NCBI GenBank assembly: GCA_945919455.1
Contig: CAMEJH010000002.1
Location: 4,492-68,491 of the forward strand
From: an uncultured Clostridium sp.
Lineage (GTDB): Bacteria; Bacillota; Clostridia; TANB77; CAG-508
DNA length: 64,000 nt
Reading direction: 5' to 3'
Positions within the stretch are counted from its first letter, which is position 1; the number at the start of each line of letters is the position of its first letter. The notes under the pieces are model-generated. The model was not told where the DNA came from. It did not search any database and saw only the letters and a list, made by a program, of their open reading frames with translations. Both the position numbers and the translations under genes were made by a program. Below are positions 27,322-36,836 of the stretch, in pieces.

Positions 27322-27461
27322 CTGCCTTTCATAAATTTTCTATAAAAGGCTTGCAATATTTTATTATAAATGATATAATTTTAATACTATAAACACTTGC
27401 AAGCCGTTTATGCTGTAAGTTTTTTGAAAAAAGTTAGGGCCTAATCTAGCTTTTTTCTTTT

Positions 27462-28199
27462 TTATTTTATGTCTTCCATAACTAACTGATTCTTAATACT
27501 TTTATCATCATTTGTATCTTTTATTCTTATTTCAGCTGCTTGTTTAGAAACTCCACAAGTTTCAGATATTTCTTTTGCCATTTGTTTTATATCCTTATTA
27601 TTATAATTTTCTGAATAATATTGCTTTATTAATCTTCTAGGCATCAATATTGATGCTCCAAAATAATTTGCTTGCCATTCTAGCCAATCCAAATCTGTTT
27701 TTAATCCACCTGCAATAACTTTATTATCAACTACATCTCTATTTAAACACTTTATGCAATCATTATCTGTTATATCTCCTATAATATCAAATAAATTTAT
27801 TTGATTTTCATCTTCTATAAATTCTTTTCTATGTAAAATCCAATGTCCCAATTCATGTGCTAATGTAAATTGATATCTTCCTTGTAGCTTCAAGTCGTTA
27901 ATCAGTATTTCATTCAAGATAATAGTTCCTTTTTCAAATTTCTTCTTGCAAGGTGTACTATCCTCATTAATCACATCAACATATCCAGTTTTAAATATTG
28001 TCATGCCTAATAAATCACCATTTTCATCTAATTTTTGGTATTCAATTTTTAAATTCAATTTAAATTCTGCAATACTTTCTAAATCAATAATATTTAACTC
28101 TTGCAATGAATTAGGTGAATATTCTTCCAGAAATCTAATAGCTTCATTGTCTATATCACCTTTACATAATATTTTACTTTTTCTTATTTTCATCACCAT
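27462..28199 (-). CDS. ImmA/IrrE-family metallopeptidase (DUF955)
   Basis: HEXXH motif TLAHELGHWILH. Overlaps the upstream XRE gene. Confidence 0.7.
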   Translation of the reverse strand: MVMKIRKSKILCKGDIDNEAIRFLEEYSPNSLQELNIIDLESIAEFKLNLKIEYQKLDENGDLLGMTIFKTGYVDVINEDSTPCKKKFEKGTIILNEILINDLKLQGRYQFTLAHELGHWILHRKEFIEDENQINLFDIIGDITDNDCIKCLNRDVVDNKVIAGGLKTDLDWLEWQANYFGASILMPRRLIKQYYSENYNNKDIKQMAKEISETCGVSKQAAEIRIKDTNDDKSIKNQLVMEDIK

Positions 28200-28512
28200 C
28201 TTTCTTGTTTCTTTTCATATCCCTTAGCAGTGTAATAACTTGTAAATTTTCTTTAACAAATTCTTCTACATCTGCTGGAATTGTATCTTTTGCTTTTCCT
28301 GCTAAATCATATAATTCTCTTTGTTCTTCTTCATCTAATTTTAATATTTCAATAACTTTTTGTAGTTTTTCATATGATAAAGCATTTCTTCTATTGTTTT
28401 CCACATCACTTAAATATGCTGGTGATATGTCAAGTTCTTTTGCTAACATTCTTAAGGACATTTCTTTTTCTTTTCTTTTATTGGTTAAATATTCACCAAA
28501 TGTTATATTCAT
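28174..28512 (-). CDS. XRE-family HTH regulator paired with ImmA/IrrE
   Basis: MSLRMLAKELDISPAYLSDVENNRR. Confidence 0.7.
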   Translation of the reverse strand: MNITFGEYLTNKRKEKEMSLRMLAKELDISPAYLSDVENNRRNALSYEKLQKVIEILKLDEEEQRELYDLAGKAKDTIPADVEEFVKENLQVITLLRDMKRNKKDGDENKKK

Positions 28513-28621
28513 ATTTATTCCCCTTTCAATTGCATGTCAGCTTGTATGCTTACATGTTATCATTTTTTTTATTGTTTGTCAAGTATTTTTTTAAATTTAA
28601 TTAGAGATACAAAATGTATCT

Positions 28622-31282
28622 CTAATCATACTTATATTCTTCGCTTTCTTCTGCTACTTTTAATATATCACTTTCTATTTCTTCTTGTGTATATTTAATT
28701 TCATTGTCTAAAACATTTTCACTCATTATCGTACTTGATTTATAAATAGTATATTTCATTTTACTCTCTGATGCAATTTCTAACGCTGCATTTTTCTTTG
28801 CACTTACTACAGCATCATCTACTTTATTGTCTCCTTTTACTTCTATTATTTCATAAGTGTCATTTTCAAATTTTGCAATGAAATCAGGATAATACTTTCT
28901 TAAAGAATTCGAATCTGGATCTATGTATTGTATGTAAAAATCGGTTTGCGATGCATTTGTAAACATTCCTGTAAAGTAGATTTCTTTTATTTTTTTATTC
29001 TTAATATATTGCAGAAACAATTCTTTTTCTGGTTTAGAATCAAAGCAATATGTATCAGCATGAAAGCTCTTATTCCTAGCACCTAAAATTTGTAAGTCTT
29101 TATTAGTTATAACCAATTCTGGTTTAGCTTTAAATGTATAATATTCTTCTTCTGGCTGTTTTAATAGAACAACTTCTTTATCTTCTGTTGTAGTATCTTT
29201 TTCAAGCTCATAAGCAAAATCTACTATTTTAGGTATAATCCAATCGTATAAAATTTGATTATATTTACTTACTATTTCAATAACCTTGTTTATATCATTT
29301 TTTAATATTTTTTTTACTTCAGAACATTTCATATCTCCAATATATCTTGCAATTTCACTATATAGCATAATCTCACTATATCGAATATTTTCTTGTGAAG
29401 ATTCTATTTCTTTTACTTTAGCTACTCTTGAATCTGCTAAACTTTCTTTTTTTATAATCTTAGATTTATATTTTTCCAAATCAATTTTTTCTAATTCTAA
29501 GTTAATACAAGTATGTTCATTATATTTTTTAACCAAATTATACTTATGATTTATATTTTTAATTTTTATATATCTTGGTGGTGGAACTACTTTTACTTCA
29601 TATATTCGTTTATCATCATTTTCTCTATTCTTTATATCTTTAACAGACATCTTAAAGTTTTTGTTTAATTCATTATCTAATATTTCATAATTATCCTTTG
29701 ATAAATACACAGATGCTGTTTGTTGAATATTTGTAATTTTTCTTAGGCATCTCATTGTCGCTTGTAAAACAAATATTGAAGAATCTGGACTTCTATATAA
29801 TGCTACTCCAAATAAAGATCGACAATTCCACCCTTCTTTTCCTTTTCCAACCAAGATTATAAATTGCTTATTACTTTTTTCTGTATCTAAATTATTAAAT
29901 TCATTTATATCATTATCTTTAGTTAATTTATTATCTCCTACGTTAATTAATATTTTATCTCTTGGAATATTTAATTCCTCTAATACTTTTTCTAATGTAG
30001 GTACAATTTCTTCTTCAACTTCTTTTATTTCACTACCATATATAGCAAGTTTTGGTAGCATATTTTCATATCTTTTTTCTCCATATGTATACCAAAAATC
30101 TTTTACAACATTTCTTATAAAAGTTTCATTTTTTACATTTTCAAAAGCTTGTGGTTCAGCATCTTTTAAATAACCATTAGCAATTGATTCTCTTAATCCA
30201 TATGAATATATTACTTCTGGAAGAATATTATTTCCAACATAAGGTGTACCTGTATAATTATAGCATGCTACTACTCTGCTTCCTTTTTGATTTAATCTAT
30301 TAGCCAATATATTAATAGTTGTTCTTAGACTACTTTTACTTTTATCATATAAGTCCTTGTCTAATTGTTTTCCAAACAAATGATGAGCTTCATCAACATA
30401 TATTCCAAGCTGACTTAATCTTGTTATCTTTTCAAATCTTTGATTAAATATCAAATCTCCCTCTTCCATATGTTGTTCAACGCCATATAACTCAGAAAAA
30501 ATATCATCTATTTCACTTTTTCTCTCTTTATCACTAAATAGCATTTGAATAGGTGTATCTTCTGTATGTTTTTTTCTTAATATAATTTTTTGATTATTAG
30601 AAATAATCACATTAAAATCAGAATCATCCAATGTATTTAAAGTCGTTCCTGTCTCCTCTAAAAAATGAAATTTGATATTACTATCTAATATTCTTACATA
30701 TTCATTCGGAATTACTTTTGATTTATCAAAAGTTTGTATTTCTTTTAAGGATTGCAATACTGTCTTATCTGGCGAAAACACCAATGCATTGTGACAAAAT
30801 CTTGGATCATCAGGATATTTGTTTGCTAATAGGAATTCATAAAATATACATGTCGCCATAAGAATAGTTTTTCCTAATCCCATTGTCAATGCAAATATAT
30901 AATTTGAATAGGTTTCTTTATATTTTATTAACATTTCATATACTTCTTTATATTCTTTTGTTGAATATTCAAAAATATCTATCTGATTATTTTCACCAAT
31001 TTTTAGCTTACTATCAGAAAAACATCCTTTTTTCTCCATCCAATCTTTAAAAATCTCGCTTACTGATTGATTATTTAAAAATTCCTTAATAAAGACATAC
31101 ATTTCTAAGGCTTCAAATTGTGGTTTTCTAAGGAAAGCATCCGGATTACATTCTTTATCATTATAATCTAAATATTTTTTTGTTAAATCTTTATAACTTT
31201 TTTTTATTACTTTTTTGTTTGTATCATAAAAAAATTTTAATGCTTGAAAAAAAGATGTTTGTAAGTTCATATTATTACTCAT
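28622..31282 (-). CDS. res: Type III restriction enzyme Res subunit (SF2 helicase + C-terminal PD-(D/E)xK)
   Basis: Motif I MGLGKT, motif II VDEAHH. C-terminal YYPDF...YEIIEVKG nuclease core. 8-nt overlap with the upstream Mod gene. Confidence 0.75.
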   Translation of the reverse strand: MSNNMNLQTSFFQALKFFYDTNKKVIKKSYKDLTKKYLDYNDKECNPDAFLRKPQFEALEMYVFIKEFLNNQSVSEIFKDWMEKKGCFSDSKLKIGENNQIDIFEYSTKEYKEVYEMLIKYKETYSNYIFALTMGLGKTILMATCIFYEFLLANKYPDDPRFCHNALVFSPDKTVLQSLKEIQTFDKSKVIPNEYVRILDSNIKFHFLEETGTTLNTLDDSDFNVIISNNQKIILRKKHTEDTPIQMLFSDKERKSEIDDIFSELYGVEQHMEEGDLIFNQRFEKITRLSQLGIYVDEAHHLFGKQLDKDLYDKSKSSLRTTINILANRLNQKGSRVVACYNYTGTPYVGNNILPEVIYSYGLRESIANGYLKDAEPQAFENVKNETFIRNVVKDFWYTYGEKRYENMLPKLAIYGSEIKEVEEEIVPTLEKVLEELNIPRDKILINVGDNKLTKDNDINEFNNLDTEKSNKQFIILVGKGKEGWNCRSLFGVALYRSPDSSIFVLQATMRCLRKITNIQQTASVYLSKDNYEILDNELNKNFKMSVKDIKNRENDDKRIYEVKVVPPPRYIKIKNINHKYNLVKKYNEHTCINLELEKIDLEKYKSKIIKKESLADSRVAKVKEIESSQENIRYSEIMLYSEIARYIGDMKCSEVKKILKNDINKVIEIVSKYNQILYDWIIPKIVDFAYELEKDTTTEDKEVVLLKQPEEEYYTFKAKPELVITNKDLQILGARNKSFHADTYCFDSKPEKELFLQYIKNKKIKEIYFTGMFTNASQTDFYIQYIDPDSNSLRKYYPDFIAKFENDTYEIIEVKGDNKVDDAVVSAKKNAALEIASESKMKYTIYKSSTIMSENVLDNEIKYTQEEIESDILKVAEESEEYKYD

Positions 31283-32975
31283 TTATTTTAATCTCCCTTT
31301 CATATGTTTCAGATAACAAATCTGTAATTTTTATTTTTATATTAGTTGCATTATCAGGTATTTCATATTCACCATTTACTAAATCATTTTTTTCAGCAAT
31401 ATCAATCATCTTTGGCTCCATAACTGCACCATCATAATTCCAGTCAATCATTATTGATTCTACCATTTGCTTCCAATCTTCAACATATTCTTTTTGCAAG
31501 CTTAACTTTTGTAATAAATTCATTGGATAGAACTCTTTTATTTTCAATTTATTGTCTTCTATTTCTATAACAGCCTCCGAATCACGCTTGAATTGTAAAT
31601 TTGCTTTGTCTTTCAGTATGTCCAATATTTCTATATCTATATTATAGTTACTCAAATCCTGCTCAAGTGTTGGTTTTATATCTGGTTCATGACCCATACA
31701 TACAATTGTTATTTTTTCAACTGGTTCAAAAGGATTTTCAGCTTTTCTTTTTTCAAACTTTTGATATGGAAGATTGGCTTTTAGTTCTTCTAAATCTGAT
31801 TTAGTAGCAATTCTATTTACAGGCATGATTTTTATCATTCTACCATCTAATTCTCCATCATAAACACTATTTCCATCAAATTTCTGTATTCCTAATGCGT
31901 CAATTAATAAATCTTTTGCTTCTATAGGATTTCTAAAGAAATCATAATTATTTACATTATATACTTCAAATCCTGTATATTTATCATTTTCTAATTCTTT
32001 AGCTATATTTATTAATCTTTTTGTTGTAGTTTGTATAGCACCTAAATTTATATCTGCCCCTATAAACTTTCTTCCTAATTTCATTGCAACCGCTTGAGTT
32101 GTACCACTTCCCATAAAACAGTCAAATACAATATCCCCTGGATTTGAAGATGCACTTATTATTCTTTCTATTAATGCTTCAGGTTTTTGCGTTGGATATT
32201 GTAATCTTTCAATTGCCTGTGAATTAATATATGGAATATCCCAAACATCTCTCATACTTGACCATCTATATACACCATCTTCATCTTCAAAAAATTCTGT
32301 ATCAGCTGCTCCATAATTTACAATTCCAGCTTTTCTACCTTTTGCCTTTGTATATGATTTTTCTTTTTGCTCATTAAACACTCTATTTTCACTTTTAGTA
32401 TATAGAAAAATATTATCATGCTGCTTATTAAATTCATTTTTACCTCCAGCAGCAGTTTTATAAGACCAAATAATTTCATTTACAAAATTACTTGTTCCAA
32501 AAACTTCATCACATAACATTCTCAAATGATGTGCTTTATGCCAATCACAGTGTATATAAAAACTCCCTTTGTCAGATAATAACTCTTTTAATAAAATTAA
32601 TCTTTCATACATAAATTGTAAATACTCATCATTTGTCCATATATCACCATATTGTTTTTCTTCAAATGAATTATTATCATTACATATCTTTCTCCCTTTT
32701 AAACTAATTGTTTTTTTGTAATCTGCCTTAGAATCAAAAGGCGGATCAATATATATTAAATCTATTTTTCCCCTATATTCTCTTAACATATGGCTCATTA
32801 CTTGAAGATTATCTCCCCAAAATATCTTATTAATCCAATCATCCTTCATTTCACCATATTTTTCTTTTAATTGTGCAGGATAATAATCTGTACCTCTATA
32901 TGGTCTTTTTCCTGTCCAATGTAATTCTGGATATCCCTTTATTGTATTTATTCTATCAAATTCAAAATCACTCAT
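31275..32975 (-). CDS. mod: Type III restriction-modification Mod subunit (N6-adenine/N4-cytosine DNA methyltransferase)
   Basis: DPPF motif (IYIDPPFDS) and AdoMet-binding FDCFMGSGTT. Confidence 0.8.
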   Translation of the reverse strand: MSDFEFDRINTIKGYPELHWTGKRPYRGTDYYPAQLKEKYGEMKDDWINKIFWGDNLQVMSHMLREYRGKIDLIYIDPPFDSKADYKKTISLKGRKICNDNNSFEEKQYGDIWTNDEYLQFMYERLILLKELLSDKGSFYIHCDWHKAHHLRMLCDEVFGTSNFVNEIIWSYKTAAGGKNEFNKQHDNIFLYTKSENRVFNEQKEKSYTKAKGRKAGIVNYGAADTEFFEDEDGVYRWSSMRDVWDIPYINSQAIERLQYPTQKPEALIERIISASSNPGDIVFDCFMGSGTTQAVAMKLGRKFIGADINLGAIQTTTKRLINIAKELENDKYTGFEVYNVNNYDFFRNPIEAKDLLIDALGIQKFDGNSVYDGELDGRMIKIMPVNRIATKSDLEELKANLPYQKFEKRKAENPFEPVEKITIVCMGHEPDIKPTLEQDLSNYNIDIEILDILKDKANLQFKRDSEAVIEIEDNKLKIKEFYPMNLLQKLSLQKEYVEDWKQMVESIMIDWNYDGAVMEPKMIDIAEKNDLVNGEYEIPDNATNIKIKITDLLSETYEREIKINE

Positions 32976-32986
32976 TATTTGCCCCC

Positions 32987-35869
32987 TTATTTTTTACAAT
33001 AAAATCTCAAATCACAGTTATCACATATAGTTTGTGATTTAGATTTATTTTTAAATTCTTTACATTCTATTTTATTTACTATTTTATCAAACTCTTTTAT
33101 TGTTTCTTTTACATCATCTTCTCTATTATAAAATGTAATTGTTGGTACTCCATTTTTTTCTCCTGTATAATATAAGTGCATTTTACTTACTTTTTTCCCT
33201 GTTTTCTTTTCAACTAAATATGCATATATTTGTAACTGTCTTTTATACCTCTCAAATTTTTCAGGATCAGAAAATATGTCAGGTTTTTTTTCAGATTTGA
33301 AATCTACAATTTCAACAGTTTTTTCATTTCCTTCTATTAAATCTACTACTCCATTTAATATATAATTTGGTTTTACAAGGCCAATCTGTACTTCTGCATC
33401 TTGTACTTTTTTCCAATTATCACTTTGTTTTTCTGCATATCTAATTACTTGTTCTAATGCAACATCTAATTGTGGTTTACCCAAATATGAATGTTGCACT
33501 TTAGATATTGCCTCATAGTTTGTATCAAACCAAATTTTTATATTATCTCTATTTATTTTTTCATATTCTTTTTTTATAGCAGCCTTATGAATATCTTCTA
33601 TTGTTTGATGTATTAATTGTCCAAATATTGTTGCACCAACTCTTACAGGTGAAAAGCCTAATTCCTTTAAAAACTTATATTGTAATGAACAATTTTCATA
33701 TACCGATATATGTGATGTAAATGAATACGTATTTTTTATATTTACTGGTTTTATATTACTTATCTTTACTTTATCTAATTCAATTATTTCATCAGTATAG
33801 TATGGCAATTCATTATATATCTCTTTAAAATAATCACTCGGTTGTTTTCTGCCTTGATCTTTTTCATTACAAGTCAATAACAACAAATTTTGTGCTCTTG
33901 AAAATGCTGTATAATATAATCTCCAAAAATCAAAATATTTAATATCTTCTTTGGGTTCAAAAGATTTTCTATGATAATATTTTTTTTCTATTTCAATTAA
34001 TTTTGAATTATTTTTTTCTCTTGGAACATTTCCTAATGAATCAACAATTACAATTGGAAACTCCATTCCTTTTGCTTGATGTATTGTTGAAAATGTTATA
34101 CATCCACTTGGAGCATATTCTGATTCATCTTCATATTCACTCATTCCGCCATCTTTTAAAAATCTCAAATATGTATTAAAGAATGTTTCCACATCTTTGG
34201 TAATTCTCTTTGGTGTAAATACATCTATATGCTGTAAATAATCAAATCTAGCAATCATTTGTGTAAATATTGATATATTCCTTATTGGCCTTTGATCAAT
34301 TACTCCATTATTTAAATCTATATTTAAAAATCCTCTAAATGGTTCAAATTCAAATAATTTATACAATAATCCTGTAAATGCATAATCTGTATTTGCAAAT
34401 AAATTCATATGACTTATTCCTGAATTTTTAATAAACAACTTTAATTGTTCATCACTACAAATAAATCCTTCAATTGATTTTATACATTCTTCATAATATG
34501 TAAATAATCCTTCATTTTTTAACTTAAAAGATCTATTTCTTAATTTTAATAAATATTGTGGAAATACTAATAATAATGCCCCTATTAGTCCTTTTATTTC
34601 TTCTCGCTCAAAAAACATATTCGATCTTGGAGAATATACATTAACTCCATTTTTTTCAAGATAATTTGCTAACTCTACTACTTTTGCCCCTCTTACAGAA
34701 TTGAATAACATAGCAATTTGATTATAATTATCTATTATTTTTTCTTCTTTCAATTTTATAATAAATTTTAAAATTTCTTTCTGCCAATCTTCTTCGCTAT
34801 CATTAACTCCTATTTTCATTACTGTAGGTTTATCGCAAATATCATTTCTTCCTGGAATCATTTCTTTATCAAATCTATATTTATCCCATTTAAAACTAAA
34901 GCTTTCTCCATCAGTTGTTTTCATCCATTTATTATAAAAATCAATAATACCTCTTTCTGACCTAAAATTAGTTTCTAATTTTATTTTTTTGCATTCATGA
35001 CTTTCAAATTTTTCTGGAAATTCAATTATATTCCTTATTGTTGCACCTCTAAACCTATATAATCCCTGATCATCGTCACCCACAACACAAATATTCTGTT
35101 CTTTACCTGCCAACATAAAAGTTAACTGTTCTTGTACATAATTAGTATCTTGATATTCATCTATCATTACATATTTAATTTTTTCATTTATCTTCTTTAA
35201 AATATTCGGATTATTAATTAACAATTCATAAGTTTCCGTTTGTATATGTGTAAAATCAATATAATTTAATTTTAAAATCATATCATTATATAATTTAATT
35301 ATTTTCCCTATAGTAACTATTTCTGGATTATCATCACTTATTAATTGATTTATATCTACTAATTCTTCATTAATATTATTTATATAATCTGCAATATGTT
35401 GTGATAATCTCCATCCACTAATTTGATGTTGAAATAACAAATTAAAATCTTCTATTTTTTCAAATTTACTTAAATTTTGGTAAATTAAATATTCTTGTTC
35501 AAATTCATCTATCATTCTATAATTCTTTTTTAAATTTGTATATTCAATATTTTCTTTCAATATTCTCAAACAAATCGAATGAAATGTTCCAATATACATT
35601 TCATTAATATTTACATACATATCAAGTTTATCTAATTCATTAGTTATTCTTGTTACAATTTCCTTCGCAGCTTTCTCAGTAAAAGTTGCAATCATTATAT
35701 TTTCAGGCTTTACACCTTTTTCTGCAATTAAATATATCGTTCTTTGAACTAAAGTATACGTTTTTCCTGTTCCCGGACCCGCAATAATTAATAGAGGTCC
35801 TTCTGTTGTTTTAATAGCTTCTCTTTGACTAGCTGTTGCATTTTCTAGATTAATCATTTTTATCATCAC
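32987..35869 (-). CDS. UvrD/PcrA-like SF1 helicase fused to a C-terminal Cas4/RecB-like PD-(D/E)xK nuclease with a Cys cluster
   Basis: Walker A AGPGTGKTYTL. Nuclease core VVDLIEG...EIVDFKSEKK. Terminal CDNCDLRFYC. Confidence 0.7.
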   Translation of the reverse strand: MMIKMINLENATASQREAIKTTEGPLLIIAGPGTGKTYTLVQRTIYLIAEKGVKPENIMIATFTEKAAKEIVTRITNELDKLDMYVNINEMYIGTFHSICLRILKENIEYTNLKKNYRMIDEFEQEYLIYQNLSKFEKIEDFNLLFQHQISGWRLSQHIADYINNINEELVDINQLISDDNPEIVTIGKIIKLYNDMILKLNYIDFTHIQTETYELLINNPNILKKINEKIKYVMIDEYQDTNYVQEQLTFMLAGKEQNICVVGDDDQGLYRFRGATIRNIIEFPEKFESHECKKIKLETNFRSERGIIDFYNKWMKTTDGESFSFKWDKYRFDKEMIPGRNDICDKPTVMKIGVNDSEEDWQKEILKFIIKLKEEKIIDNYNQIAMLFNSVRGAKVVELANYLEKNGVNVYSPRSNMFFEREEIKGLIGALLLVFPQYLLKLRNRSFKLKNEGLFTYYEECIKSIEGFICSDEQLKLFIKNSGISHMNLFANTDYAFTGLLYKLFEFEPFRGFLNIDLNNGVIDQRPIRNISIFTQMIARFDYLQHIDVFTPKRITKDVETFFNTYLRFLKDGGMSEYEDESEYAPSGCITFSTIHQAKGMEFPIVIVDSLGNVPREKNNSKLIEIEKKYYHRKSFEPKEDIKYFDFWRLYYTAFSRAQNLLLLTCNEKDQGRKQPSDYFKEIYNELPYYTDEIIELDKVKISNIKPVNIKNTYSFTSHISVYENCSLQYKFLKELGFSPVRVGATIFGQLIHQTIEDIHKAAIKKEYEKINRDNIKIWFDTNYEAISKVQHSYLGKPQLDVALEQVIRYAEKQSDNWKKVQDAEVQIGLVKPNYILNGVVDLIEGNEKTVEIVDFKSEKKPDIFSDPEKFERYKRQLQIYAYLVEKKTGKKVSKMHLYYTGEKNGVPTITFYNREDDVKETIKEFDKIVNKIECKEFKNKSKSQTICDNCDLRFYCKK

Positions 35870-35919
35870 CTATTTCATTTCTTAATACATTCCATTTTTC
35901 TTTATCGTTAAGTATAAAA

Positions 35920-36168
35920 TTATATATGTCTGCTGGTAGTTCTCCGTCTTTCTTTAGCAGCAAGATCAAAAAATCTTGTTTTCTCTGTTTGATTTAATTC
36001 TAATGCATTTGCTATATTGATTTGAGTATTTATGTCTGGAGGATTCTTCTTTCCACTCATTAAATCTAACAAATATGGGTGAGTAATTTTTGATAAAGAA
36101 GCTATTTTTCTAATTGAGTTTTTATTGGATTTACATTTTCTATTTAAAAAACTACTAAACTTATTCAT
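35920..36168 (-). CDS. small HTH (XRE-like) protein
   Basis: SIRKIASLSKITHPYLLDLMSGKKNP. Confidence 0.4.
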   Translation of the reverse strand: MNKFSSFLNRKCKSNKNSIRKIASLSKITHPYLLDLMSGKKNPPDINTQINIANALELNQTEKTRFFDLAAKERRRTTSRHI

Positions 36169-36346
36169 TTGAATCCCTTTCTATGATAACCGGTATATAC
36201 CAGTTACCATATATTAAATCACATATTAAGTGTAAAAACTATTACATTTACATTAAGTTTTTGTTACAAAGTCCATTTTTTTGTAATATTTTCTTGACTA
36301 TTTATTTTTATTAAGCTTAAATACACAACCAACTGGAGGTGATAAT

Positions 36347-36619
36347 ATGAATTCAAAGACCATTCTATCTCTATATAATGGAGATTATTCTTGTATTGAA
36401 AGACCTATACCAAAAGATTCCAAATATGCTAAAGCATTGTCTAAATGTACTGACTTGCAAGAAAAATTAGCTCAATTAGTGGATAAAGAAACCTTTTCTT
36501 TAATAGAAAAAGTTTTAGAATATCAAAGTGAATTATCTGCTATTGAAATGGAAGAAGTATTTTCAGAAGGCTTTTCTTTAGCTGTATCTTTACTGCTGGA
36601 AGCGATTTCAAAGGAATAA
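36347..36619 (+). CDS. hypothetical small helical protein
   Basis: GGAGGTG RBS 5 nt upstream of ATG. 90 aa. Confidence 0.4.
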   Translation: MNSKTILSLYNGDYSCIERPIPKDSKYAKALSKCTDLQEKLAQLVDKETFSLIEKVLEYQSELSAIEMEEVFSEGFSLAVSLLLEAISKE

Positions 36620-36625
36620 TATACC

Positions 36626-36712
36626 CCCTCCCCCTCCTATTTCCCGAAAGTTTTTAAAGCACTCCCCTCGCCGTTCCCCCTTTTTACTTTGTAGAGATTA
36701 GAGGCGGGGGTG
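36626..36712. other. GC-rich C-tract element (CCCCTCCCCCTCC ... CCCCTCGCC ... GGCGGGGGTGG) between convergent genes; possible terminator or structured RNA
   Basis: Conspicuous poly-C/poly-G runs in a genome that is otherwise ~25% GC. CCCCTCGCC/GGCGGGGG can pair with a 1-nt bulge. Confidence 0.3.
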
Positions 36713-36836
36713 GTCTTTATATTTTCGGTATGTAATTTTTATTTATATTTCCATACTTTTAAGTATTATCTACCAATTATCACATAAAAAAAATAGTAAC
36801 TACTTATTTAGTAATTACTATTTACCTTTCTTATTT

